20,000 nt of DNA from Candidatus Aminicenantales bacterium (GCA_049512315.1 JBEKXF010000001.1:117340-137339); one strand, 5' to 3'. Numbered from the stretch's first letter, positions 9,047 to 17,086 are shown. A program made the numbers and translations. The notes: a model not told the origin generated them from the letters alone.

Positions 9047-9667
9047 ATGCGAAAATCGGGCTTCCTGTTGCTGATGCTCCTCGCGGTATCCGGGGCGTTC
9101 GGCCAGGCCGTGGACAAGGAGAAGATCGTCCGCAGCCAGCAGGAGCTGACCTCCGAAAGCGAGCTGGCCAAGGAGCCCCGTTTCTATTTCGTCCTGGACG
9201 TCCGTCAGAAAAAACTTGAGCTCAGGGTCAAAGGGATGGTGCTGCGGGCCTGGAAGCTGCAGTCGATGAGATTCTGGGGAAAGCCGGCGTTCTCGAAAAC
9301 GGTCCAGCTAGTCAAAAAAAGCACGCTCAAGCCGCCCCAGCGGAACGTCATCAAGCCCGGCGAGGCGGCGGCCGCGGCCAAGGACCCAAGCAAGTTCGAG
9401 CTCGAGGCGCTCGAACTCAAGGACATGCCCAAAAGCTTCAGCCTGGATTTCGACAACGGGCTCCATATCTCGGTCAAAACCAGCGAAAAAGGCCTCAAAG
9501 CCCTCAGGGAGGAGGTCCGCTGGTATGGGCTATTGCCTGTGCGGAGCTTTTTCAGCTCTAGGAACGGCAAGCCGCTGTCTGAGCTCGAGCTGAGATTTAC
9601 GAACGAAAAGGATGCCCAGACAATTTACTGGATTTTCTATGAGGGAATTAAGGGGCTAGTGTATTAA
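9047..9667 (+). CDS. Secreted hypothetical protein, probable degenerate YkuD-like fold
   Basis: Sec-type signal (MRKSGFLLLMLLAVSGAFG). Segments resemble the upstream LDT, but the protein has no Cys and no HG..HGC motif. Confidence 0.7.
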   Translation: MRKSGFLLLMLLAVSGAFGQAVDKEKIVRSQQELTSESELAKEPRFYFVLDVRQKKLELRVKGMVLRAWKLQSMRFWGKPAFSKTVQLVKKSTLKPPQRNVIKPGEAAAAAKDPSKFELEALELKDMPKSFSLDFDNGLHISVKTSEKGLKALREEVRWYGLLPVRSFFSSRNGKPLSELELRFTNEKDAQTIYWIFYEGIKGLVY

Positions 9668-9690
9668 ATTTAGATATATTTTTTAATTTA

Positions 9691-9722
9691 AACTTGACAA
9701 ACATATGCTCAAGTTATATATT
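9691..9722 (+). promoter_or_regulatory. dnaK promoter with overlapping HAIR (HspR operator)
   Basis: TTGACA (9694-9699), 17 bp, TATATT (9717-9722). CTTGACA-N7-GCTCAAG (9693-9713) vs HAIR consensus CTTGAGT-N7-ACTCAAG; AACTTGA/TCAAGTT arms are perfectly inverted. hspR lies in the operon. Confidence 0.85.
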
Positions 9723-9750
9723 AATATCTAACTAAATAAGGAGGAGATTA

Positions 9751-11688
9751 ATGACGAAGATAATCGGAATCGATTTGGGTACGACCAATTCAGTTGTCGC
9801 CATCCAGGAAGGCGATAAAACGACCGTCATTCCCAATGAGGAGGGCGGAAGGACGACCCCGTCGGTCGTGGCGTTCACTCCCAAGGGCGAGATCCTCGTA
9901 GGCCAGGTCGCTAGACGGCAGCGGGTCACCAATCCCGAAAACACGATCTATTCCATCAAGAGGTTCATGGGCCGCCGCTACGGAGAGGTCAGTCAGGAGA
10001 TCAAGCAGGTCCCGTTCAAAGTGGGCGAGGCCACGAACGGCGACGTCCGGGTGGAAGCGCTCGGCAAGAAATACGCCCCGCCCGAGATCTCCGCATTTAT
10101 TCTCCAGAAGCTGAAAAAGGCCGCGGAGGACTATCTCGGCGAGAAGGTCGAAAAAGCCGTCATCACCGTCCCCGCGTATTTCAACGACAGCCAGCGCAAA
10201 GCGACCAAGGACGCGGGCAAGATCGCCGGCCTCGAGGTCGTCCGGATCATCAACGAGCCGACCGCCGCGGCCCTGGCTTATGGCATGGACAAGCAGAAGG
10301 ACGAGGTCATCGCCGTCTATGACTTCGGCGGCGGGACCTTCGACATCTCCATCCTCGAGGTCGGGGAGGGCGTCGTCGAGGTCAAGGCCACGAACGGTGA
10401 CACGCACCTCGGGGGCGACGACCTCGACCAGAAGGTCCAGGACTGGATCGTTACCGAGTTCAAGAAGGAGTCGGGCATCGACCTGACCAAGGACAAGATG
10501 GCCCTCCAGCGGCTCAAAGAGGCCGCCGAGAAGGCCAAGGTCGAGCTCTCGACGACCATGGAAACAGAAATCAACCTGCCGTTCATCACGGCCGACGCCT
10601 CTGGCCCCAAGCACCTGCTGATGAAGATGACCCGGGCTAAGCTCGAGCAGCTTTGCGAGGACCTCATCCAAAGGTCGGTCCAGCCGGTCCGCCAGGCCCT
10701 GGCCGACGCCAACGTCAAGGCTCAGGACATTCAGGAAGTCGTCCTGGTCGGCGGCCAGACGAGGATGCCCCGGATCCAGCAGCTCGTTCGGGAGCTCTTC
10801 GGGCGCGAGCCCCACAAGGGCGTCAACCCGGACGAGGTCGTGGCGGTCGGAGCCGCCATCCAGGGCGCGGTGCTTTCGGGCGACGTCAAGGACGTGCTCC
10901 TTCTCGATGTCACGCCGCTGACCCTGGGCATCGAAACCCTGGGCGGCGTCTTCACCAGGATGATTCCCCGCAACACGACCATCCCGACCAAGAAGACCGA
11001 AACCTTCTCGACGGCCTCGGACAACCAGCTGAGCGTCGAGATCCACGTCCTGCAGGGCGAGCGCGAGCTGGCCTCGGACAACAGGACCCTCGGGAGGTTT
11101 CACCTTGACGGCATTCCACCGGCCGTGAGAGGGGTCCCCAAGATCGAGGTCACCTTCGATATCGACGCCAACGGCATCCTCCACGTATCCGCCAAGGACA
11201 CCGGCACAGGCAAGCAGCAGGCCATCACCATCACCGGTCACAGCGGGCTTGACGAGAAGGAGATCAATCGGATGGTCAAGGACGCCGAGAGCCACGCCGG
11301 CGAGGACAAGAAGCGCCGCGAAACCATCGATGCCAAGAACCACGCCGACCAGCTCATCTACAGCCTGGAGAACCTCTTGAAAGAGAACAAGGACAAGATC
11401 CGCGAGCACGAGGCCGAGGCGGTCCAGAACGAGATCGAGAACACGAAAAAGGCCATCGCCAGCGAGGACCTGGACCAGATCAACAAGGCCATCGAGTCCC
11501 TGTCCCGCGTCTCCCACAGGTTGACCGAAACCCTGTACCAGCAGGCCGGTCCGCAGGCTCCCGGCGGACAATCCGGCGGCGGGCAGGAAGGGACTTCGGG
11601 CGGCGACGGCCGGGGCCAATCCCAGCCGGGCGGAGCCGATGAAGAGGTCATCGACGCCGAGGTCGTGGACGACAATAAGAAGAATTAG
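9751..11688 (+). CDS. dnaK: Chaperone DnaK (Hsp70)
   Basis: [37 protein letters not shown] and [16 protein letters not shown] motifs; acidic VIDAEV tail; AAGGAGG RBS. Confidence 0.99.
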   Translation: MTKIIGIDLGTTNSVVAIQEGDKTTVIPNEEGGRTTPSVVAFTPKGEILVGQVARRQRVTNPENTIYSIKRFMGRRYGEVSQEIKQVPFKVGEATNGDVRVEALGKKYAPPEISAFILQKLKKAAEDYLGEKVEKAVITVPAYFNDSQRKATKDAGKIAGLEVVRIINEPTAAALAYGMDKQKDEVIAVYDFGGGTFDISILEVGEGVVEVKATNGDTHLGGDDLDQKVQDWIVTEFKKESGIDLTKDKMALQRLKEAAEKAKVELSTTMETEINLPFITADASGPKHLLMKMTRAKLEQLCEDLIQRSVQPVRQALADANVKAQDIQEVVLVGGQTRMPRIQQLVRELFGREPHKGVNPDEVVAVGAAIQGAVLSGDVKDVLLLDVTPLTLGIETLGGVFTRMIPRNTTIPTKKTETFSTASDNQLSVEIHVLQGERELASDNRTLGRFHLDGIPPAVRGVPKIEVTFDIDANGILHVSAKDTGTGKQQAITITGHSGLDEKEINRMVKDAESHAGEDKKRRETIDAKNHADQLIYSLENLLKENKDKIREHEAEAVQNEIENTKKAIASEDLDQINKAIESLSRVSHRLTETLYQQAGPQAPGGQSGGGQEGTSGGDGRGQSQPGGADEEVIDAEVVDDNKKN

Positions 11689-11753
11689 GCCACGGGGCCT
11701 TTGACGCCGAACGGCGCGGCCTGAAAGGACGGAGCGTCCGAGGGACGACGGCC

Positions 11754-12875
11754 ATGGCGAAAGACTATTATCAGATCCTGGGCGTGTCCAAAGGCGCCGT
11801 CCTGGCCGAAATCAAGAAGGCCTACCGCAAGCTGGCCCGAAAATATCATCCCGACCTCAACCCCGGGGACAAGGCCGCCGAGGCCAAGTTCAAGGAGATC
11901 CAGGAAGCGTACTCAGTCCTGAGCGACTCTAAAAAGCGGACCCAGTACGACCAATTCGGCTCGACGGGCGACTTCCCGCCCGGGGCTGGGCCGGGGGGAC
12001 CGGGGGCCTCTCCCGGATTCGAGGGCTTCGACTTCTCGGACTACGGTTCATCCTCTTTCAAGGATTTCTTCGAAAACCTCTTCGGGGGAGCCGGCCCTGG
12101 GATGTCCGGACGAGCCGAAGGCGGCCCCGAAAGGGGCGAAGACCTCAACTACACGATGAAGATCGGCTTCGAGGACGCGATCCGCGGCGTCCAGACGAGG
12201 ATCCGGTTGAACCGTCTCGCGGAGTGCGGCAGGTGCGGCGGCAGCGGCCAGGTCTCCGGAGGCGGGTCGAGGGCCTGCCCGGCCTGCGGCGGGACCGGCC
12301 GGGCGCATATGCAGCGGGGTTCCATGAAGTTCTCCGGCGCATGCCCGTCGTGTCGGGGGTCGGGGAAGGCTCCGGGGAACATGTGCCCCGACTGCCGGGG
12401 CGAGGGGGCCGTCCAGAGATCGGACCTCATCTCCGTCCGGATCCCAGCCGGGGTCGACACGGGATCCAGGGTCCGCATTCCCGGCCGGGGGAACGCCGGC
12501 CGGAATGGCGGCCCGCCGGGGGATCTCTACATCTCGATCGAGGTCGCCCCCCATGCCGTTTTCAGGCGGGAGGGGGCCAACATCTCCATCAAGGTCCCGA
12601 TCACGGTCCCTGAAGCCACGTTGGGGGCCAAGATCGAGGTCCCTACGCTGTGGGGGAGAACAACCATCCGTATCCCGCCCGGAACAAAGTCCGGCCAAAA
12701 GTTCCGGATCAGGGAACAGGGCGCTCCGGCGCCGGCCAAGAAGGCCCGGGGCGATGAATTCGTTGAGGTCGCCATCGTCCCGCCGTCGTTCGAGGACCAG
12801 AGGGTCCGGGAGCTCATGAAGGAGCTCGAGCGGATCTCCGGGCCGAACCCGCGCGAAAATACGGGGGGGGGCTGA
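11754..12875 (+). CDS. dnaJ: Chaperone DnaJ (class A)
   Basis: J-domain with HPD, G/F-rich linker, four CxxCxGxG repeats and a C-terminal domain. Confidence 0.96.
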   Translation: MAKDYYQILGVSKGAVLAEIKKAYRKLARKYHPDLNPGDKAAEAKFKEIQEAYSVLSDSKKRTQYDQFGSTGDFPPGAGPGGPGASPGFEGFDFSDYGSSSFKDFFENLFGGAGPGMSGRAEGGPERGEDLNYTMKIGFEDAIRGVQTRIRLNRLAECGRCGGSGQVSGGGSRACPACGGTGRAHMQRGSMKFSGACPSCRGSGKAPGNMCPDCRGEGAVQRSDLISVRIPAGVDTGSRVRIPGRGNAGRNGGPPGDLYISIEVAPHAVFRREGANISIKVPITVPEATLGAKIEVPTLWGRTTIRIPPGTKSGQKFRIREQGAPAPAKKARGDEFVEVAIVPPSFEDQRVRELMKELERISGPNPRENTGGG

Positions 12876-12876
12876 G

Positions 12877-13290
12877 ATGAAAAAAGGGCGGAAGGAAGCA
12901 AAAAGGGAACCACGGCAGTATTACCATATCAGCAGCGTCGCCAAAATGTACAACATCCATCCCCAGACGCTGAGACTCTACGAGCGGGAAGGCCTGATCA
13001 CTCCGTCCCGGAGCGAGGGCAACACCCGGCTCTACTCGACCGAAGACCTCAAGCGGCTCGAGCTCGTCCTCAACCTCATTCGTGATCTGGGCATCAACCT
13101 CGCCGGCGTCGAGGTCGTCCTCAACATGAGGGAGAAGATCGAGCAGATCGAGACCGAGGTCGGGGAATTCCTCGAGTATGTCCGGATGGAGTTCTTCCGG
13201 GGCAGGGAGGACGAATTCGAGGTCCGGCGGAATGCACTGGTTCATGTCCATCCTGCCGGGGTCGTCAAGGTGGAGGACCCGGAACGCTGA
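12877..13290 (+). CDS. hspR: MerR-family heat-shock repressor HspR
   Basis: YHISSVAKMYNIHPQTLRLYEREGLITPSRSEGNTRLYS...LGINLAGVEVVL; lies after dnaJ, with a HAIR upstream of the operon. Confidence 0.88.
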   Translation: MKKGRKEAKREPRQYYHISSVAKMYNIHPQTLRLYEREGLITPSRSEGNTRLYSTEDLKRLELVLNLIRDLGINLAGVEVVLNMREKIEQIETEVGEFLEYVRMEFFRGREDEFEVRRNALVHVHPAGVVKVEDPER

Positions 13291-13292
13291 CC

Positions 13293-14135
13293 ATGGATTA
13301 CCGGGATTTCCTGGATTCGAGGAACCTGAAGCACTACCTGGAGGAAATCGCCAAGTTCCCGGCCCTCACCGAGGACGAGGAGAAGAAGCTCGGCGAGCGG
13401 GTCCGGCACGGAGACAAGGACGCCCTCCAGAGCCTGATCAAGGCCAACCTCAAGTTCGTCGTCTCCTACGTCAAGAAATATCGCGGCATGGGGCTGAGCA
13501 TGCTCGACCTCATCAACGAGGGGAACGTCGGCCTCATCGAGGCGGCCCGTCGGTTCGACCCGACCCGGAACGTGAGGTTCATCTCCTACGCCGTCTGGTG
13601 GATCCGTCAGGCGATCGTCCACGCCCTGTCTCAGTACTCCCACATCTACAATATCCCCCAGAAGCTCTCGGACCAGATCTCCCTGATGAAGAAGAAAACG
13701 GCCGCCCTCAAGACGGAGCTCGGCCGGGAGCCCAACCGGGAGGAGATCGCCGGGGCCTTGGGGATCTCCGAGGCGGACGTCGAGGACCTCGAGCTCCTCG
13801 AGGAGCGGAACGTGTCCCTGAGCGACAAGCGCTCCGACGAGGACTTCGAGATCGAGGACCGGATCAGCGACGGGGAGGCGGAGTCCGTCGAGTACCAGAT
13901 CATCAAGTCGTCGGCCCAGCACCAGATCCGGGAAATGCTCGCCGTGCTGGATGAAAAGGAAGAAACTGTGATAAAATTACGCTTCGGCCTGGACGACGAC
14001 CGGCCGATGACGCTCCAGGAGATCGGCGACAGGCTCCACCTGACCCGGGAGCGCATCCGCCAGATCGAGCAAAAAGCCATGCGGAAGCTGAGCCGGTCGA
14101 AAAAGCTTCAGCAGCTTAGAGGGTATCTGAATTGA
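13293..14135 (+). CDS. RNA polymerase sigma-70 family factor (RpoD/RpoS-like, no region 1.1)
   Basis: Region 1.2 YLEEIAKFPALT; region 2 ANLKFVVS..DLINEGNVGLIEAARRFDP..FISYAVWWIRQAI; region 4 TLQEIGDRLHLTRERIRQIE. 280 aa. Confidence 0.93.
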   Translation: MDYRDFLDSRNLKHYLEEIAKFPALTEDEEKKLGERVRHGDKDALQSLIKANLKFVVSYVKKYRGMGLSMLDLINEGNVGLIEAARRFDPTRNVRFISYAVWWIRQAIVHALSQYSHIYNIPQKLSDQISLMKKKTAALKTELGREPNREEIAGALGISEADVEDLELLEERNVSLSDKRSDEDFEIEDRISDGEAESVEYQIIKSSAQHQIREMLAVLDEKEETVIKLRFGLDDDRPMTLQEIGDRLHLTRERIRQIEQKAMRKLSRSKKLQQLRGYLN

Positions 14136-14926
14136 GCGAACAGAGTGTCTGCGAACGATGCCTGGGGACCGGCTGGGTCCTGGAGGACGCCGGCGGCAGC
14201 AAGGTCGCCAAGCGATGCGTCTGCTACAGCGAACACCGGAAGCAGGCCCTCCTCGAGCAGGCCAACATCCCCCGGCGCTACCAGCACTGCAATTTCGATA
14301 ATTATAAGGTTCTGAACGATTCCCAAAAAGATGCCTATAAGATTTCCAGGAAATTCGTCGAGAACTACCCCGTCCAAGATGTCGGTCTCCTGTTCATCGG
14401 ACCCTGCGGGGTGGGAAAGACCCACCTGGCCGTCTCCATCATCCAGGAGCTCGTCCTGAAGAAGAACATCCCCTGCATCTTCTACGACTTCCGGGAGCTC
14501 ATCCGAGAGATCCAGAGCACGTTCACTCCGGATTCGACCCTCACGGAATCCGACATCCTGGGTCCGGTCTTCCAATCCGAAGTCCTGGTCCTCGACGAGC
14601 TCGGTGCCAAGCGGACATCGGCCTGGGTCGAAGAAACGATATTTTATATCATCAATTATCGATATAACTACAAAAGGGTCACGATTTTTACGACAAATTA
14701 TCAGGATGCTGAAGAACCTCCCAAGGAAGAGAATCGCCGCGATCCCTATTGGGAAAAGAAAATGGGCGGAGGAACCGGGTCAAGAGCTGAACTGGAGAAA
14801 GGGGAGAGCCTCGTCGACAGGATCGGTATTCGCCTGCGGTCCCGGATCTATGAGATGTGTAAAGTTGTCCCCATGGACGGCGAGGACTTCCGGATAAAAA
14901 TCAAGCAGGCCGGCTACCGGTTCTGA
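14132..14926 (+). CDS. DnaC/IstB-like AAA+ ATPase with N-terminal Cys cluster
   Basis: TTGA overlap with the sigma stop. CERCLGTGW..RCVC, IPRRYQHCNFDNY, Walker A GPCGVGKT, Walker B LVLDELG, TIFTTN and RLRSRIYEMC..GEDFR. Confidence 0.85.
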   Translation: MSEQSVCERCLGTGWVLEDAGGSKVAKRCVCYSEHRKQALLEQANIPRRYQHCNFDNYKVLNDSQKDAYKISRKFVENYPVQDVGLLFIGPCGVGKTHLAVSIIQELVLKKNIPCIFYDFRELIREIQSTFTPDSTLTESDILGPVFQSEVLVLDELGAKRTSAWVEETIFYIINYRYNYKRVTIFTTNYQDAEEPPKEENRRDPYWEKKMGGGTGSRAELEKGESLVDRIGIRLRSRIYEMCKVVPMDGEDFRIKIKQAGYRF

Positions 14927-14964
14927 GGACTGGCCCCGAAAGCGGGATTGTTCTTCTCATGAAC

Positions 14965-14993
14965 TTGCCATTTCCGGGCATTTTTGCTAAATT
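14965..14993 (+). promoter_or_regulatory. Probable promoter for tRNA-Asn/mgsA
   Basis: TTGCCA (14965-14970), 17 bp, TGcTAAATT (hexamer at 14988-14993); ends 12 bp before the tRNA. Confidence 0.6.
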
Positions 14994-15005
14994 ATCGAAA
15001 CCTGC

Positions 15006-15081
15006 TCCTCGGTAGCTCAATTGGCAGAGCGGGTGGCTGTTAACCACTAGGTTGCAGGTTCGAGTCCTGCCCGAGGAGCCA
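15006..15081 (+). tRNA. tRNA-Asn (GTT)
   Basis: Acceptor stem TCCTCGG/CCGAGGA, D-arm GCTC..GAGC, anticodon loop CT-GTT-AA, T-loop TTCGAGT, discriminator G and encoded CCA; 76 nt. Confidence 0.97.
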
Positions 15082-15105
15082 TTCTTTCTCTCCCAGAGGT
15101 TCCAG

Positions 15106-15579
15106 ATGGAAAAGATCAAACGCATCGCTCTGGTCGCCCACGACAACCGGAAGCGCGACCTCAAGGAATGGGTCGAGTACAACTACCGGACGCTCGTCCG
15201 CCACAATCTGGTTTGCACGGGGACGACGGGCCGGCTGGTCGAGGAAACCGTCCAGCGGAAATTCGAGCAGGACCAGATCCCGCGCGAAGTGCTGAAGATG
15301 AAAAAGCTCAAGTCCGGCCCCCTGGGCGGCGACCAGCAGCTCGGGGGAATGATCGCCGACGGCAAGATCGATTTCGTCATTTTCTTCTGGGACCCCATGG
15401 AACCCTTTCCCCACGACGTCGACGTCAAGGCTTTGCTCCGGATCACCGTCCTCTACAACATCCCTATCGCCTGCAACCGGTCAACCGCCGATTTCATGAT
15501 CTCCTCACCCTTGATGAACGAGGCCTATGAGCCCGTGACCAAGGACTATTCAGATTACATCAACCGGCGCATCCCTTGA
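15106..15579 (+). CDS. mgsA: Methylglyoxal synthase
   Basis: IALVAHDNRK, CTGTTG, KSGPLGGDQQLG and FFWDP..PHDVDVKALLR..NIPIACNRSTAD motifs. ATG at 15106; the ORF-track start lies inside the tRNA. Confidence 0.96.
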   Translation: MEKIKRIALVAHDNRKRDLKEWVEYNYRTLVRHNLVCTGTTGRLVEETVQRKFEQDQIPREVLKMKKLKSGPLGGDQQLGGMIADGKIDFVIFFWDPMEPFPHDVDVKALLRITVLYNIPIACNRSTADFMISSPLMNEAYEPVTKDYSDYINRRIP

Positions 15580-15721
15580 GCCCGGGCGATCCCGCGGCAC
15601 GAAGTCTCGTGATGCCTGGCCCGGAAGACCCGACAGGCTGAGCCGGATAGGACCCTGACCGGTTACTTCGGCGCGTCTTTTTGGGTCTTTCATAATCACA
15701 AATCCTTCGACTCCCTTGCTT

Positions 15722-15776
15722 TTTAACCGAAATTTGAGCCTTCCTTAATCAATCCTTAACTCTTTCCGCCTATGCT
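15722..15776 (+). promoter_or_regulatory. Pho-box-like tandem 11-bp repeats plus candidate -10
   Basis: TTTAACCGAAA / TTTGAGCCTTC / CTTAATCAATC / CTTAACTCTTT in exact 11-bp register, then TATGCT at 15771-15776; upstream of the porin-pst operon. Confidence 0.72.
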
Positions 15777-15886
15777 AATCGCGAACACTATCTGTTCCCT
15801 CTTACGAATGCCAAGTCAAGAGAGGTCAAGGTGCACCGGATCTTGGCAGAAATGAAAAAACGAGGATTTAGAAAGGAGACACAAGA

Positions 15887-17050
15887 ATGGGTAAGAGACA
15901 GAAGCTGATTCCGGCACTCGTCTTCGGCACTCTGGTTTTGACTCTGGCCAACGTGCTGGCTCAAACGACGACCCCGCCGCCGCAGACATTCAGCGCGACG
16001 GTCTACCTCGATTACAGGTTTTATCTGAGCTCGGCCGGCCCGATCACGCTGAAGCCGACGGACCCGACCGGTGCGTATCTCAGTAACCAATTCATCTTTC
16101 GGCGGGCCTACTTCACCTACGAAAACAAGATCAATGACAACCTGAAGTTCCGGTTCCGTCTTGATGCCGACAACACGGCCAATGTCACCGGGGTTGCTCT
16201 GACCGGCACGCCGGTGACGGGGACTTCCTTGAGCAAGGACGACAAGCTGCGGCCCTTCGTCAAGAACCTCTATTTTGAATGGTCGAACTTCCTCATCGAG
16301 AATCAGACCTTCAAGGTCGGCATGGAGGAAACGTTGACCTTCACCCTGTCCGAAGCACGGTGGGGCTACCGGAGCGTGGCTAAAACCCTCCTCGACGGCT
16401 ACAAGGACATCACGGGAGTTGACATCAATGCCTCGAGCGCCGACATCGGCGCGAGCCTGCAAGGATCCGCGACCAAGTACATCCGCTACGGCGTTCAGGT
16501 CGTCAACGGCGCCGGCTACGCCCACTTAGAAAACGACCAGTATAAGAAATTCAGCGGCCAGCTCCATTTCATTCCCGTGTCGGGGTTCTCCGTCGTCGGT
16601 TATATCGACTATTCACGGCAGCTCCCGAAGACCTCCTACCCCCTGGAGACGGCACCGGCCGCCATGACCTACAAGCTCGATTCCTATTTTGAGATGGTCA
16701 AGAACCTGGTTCTCGGCGGCGAATGGTTCGTCTACAAGAACGACCTCAATCAGACCGCGTCCTTCGTGAAGTACAACGTCTCCGGCTGGTCGGTTTTCGG
16801 CCGCTACGGCCTCATCCAGGACAAGCTCAACGCCTTCGCCCGCTACGACAGCTACATCCCGAACGGCCAGAACCGGTTGAAAGACATGAGCCTGACGATC
16901 CTGGGCCTCGATTGGGCCCCGCTGCACAGCAGCCTGAAGTTCCAGCCGAATATCTGGTTCTATCAATATAAACACGGGACGCAGTATAAGGCGACGGCCA
17001 CGTCCAACTCAGACGTCGCTTTCAACATGACGTTTTTCCTGTCATTCTGA
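15887..17050 (+). CDS. Outer-membrane beta-barrel porin, probably phosphate-related (OprO/OprP-like)
   Basis: Signal peptide, aromatic-rich alternating beta strands (FIFRRAYFTYE, FRFRLDAD) and C-terminal Phe (TFFLSF); first gene of the pst operon. Confidence 0.72.
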   Translation: MGKRQKLIPALVFGTLVLTLANVLAQTTTPPPQTFSATVYLDYRFYLSSAGPITLKPTDPTGAYLSNQFIFRRAYFTYENKINDNLKFRFRLDADNTANVTGVALTGTPVTGTSLSKDDKLRPFVKNLYFEWSNFLIENQTFKVGMEETLTFTLSEARWGYRSVAKTLLDGYKDITGVDINASSADIGASLQGSATKYIRYGVQVVNGAGYAHLENDQYKKFSGQLHFIPVSGFSVVGYIDYSRQLPKTSYPLETAPAAMTYKLDSYFEMVKNLVLGGEWFVYKNDLNQTASFVKYNVSGWSVFGRYGLIQDKLNAFARYDSYIPNGQNRLKDMSLTILGLDWAPLHSSLKFQPNIWFYQYKHGTQYKATATSNSDVAFNMTFFLSF

Positions 17051-17086
17051 GGTGGCTCGGACAAGTATAAAGAAAGGAGACATGAA

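Noticed and set aside
9790..11619. 609-aa antisense ORF opposite dnaK
   Set aside because: Well-known shadow ORF arising from codon bias in GC-rich dnaK genes; it fully overlaps a certain gene and has no independent signals.
13293..14135. Calling the sigma factor rpoH or rpoD
   Set aside because: No RpoH box, no region 1.1, and too short for a typical primary sigma; left unnamed.
14132..15081. IS21 element or prophage remnant (IstB-like ATPase beside a tRNA)
   Set aside because: No istA transposase, integrase, terminal inverted repeats or duplicated tRNA 3' end seen; the ATPase is coupled to a chromosomal sigma gene.
15610..15680. TPP riboswitch resemblance (TGCCTG..CAGGCTGAG..CCTGACCGGTTA..CGGCG)
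   Set aside because: P2 G-run, full UGAGA and closing AGGGA/P1 elements are missing, and downstream genes are unrelated to thiamine.
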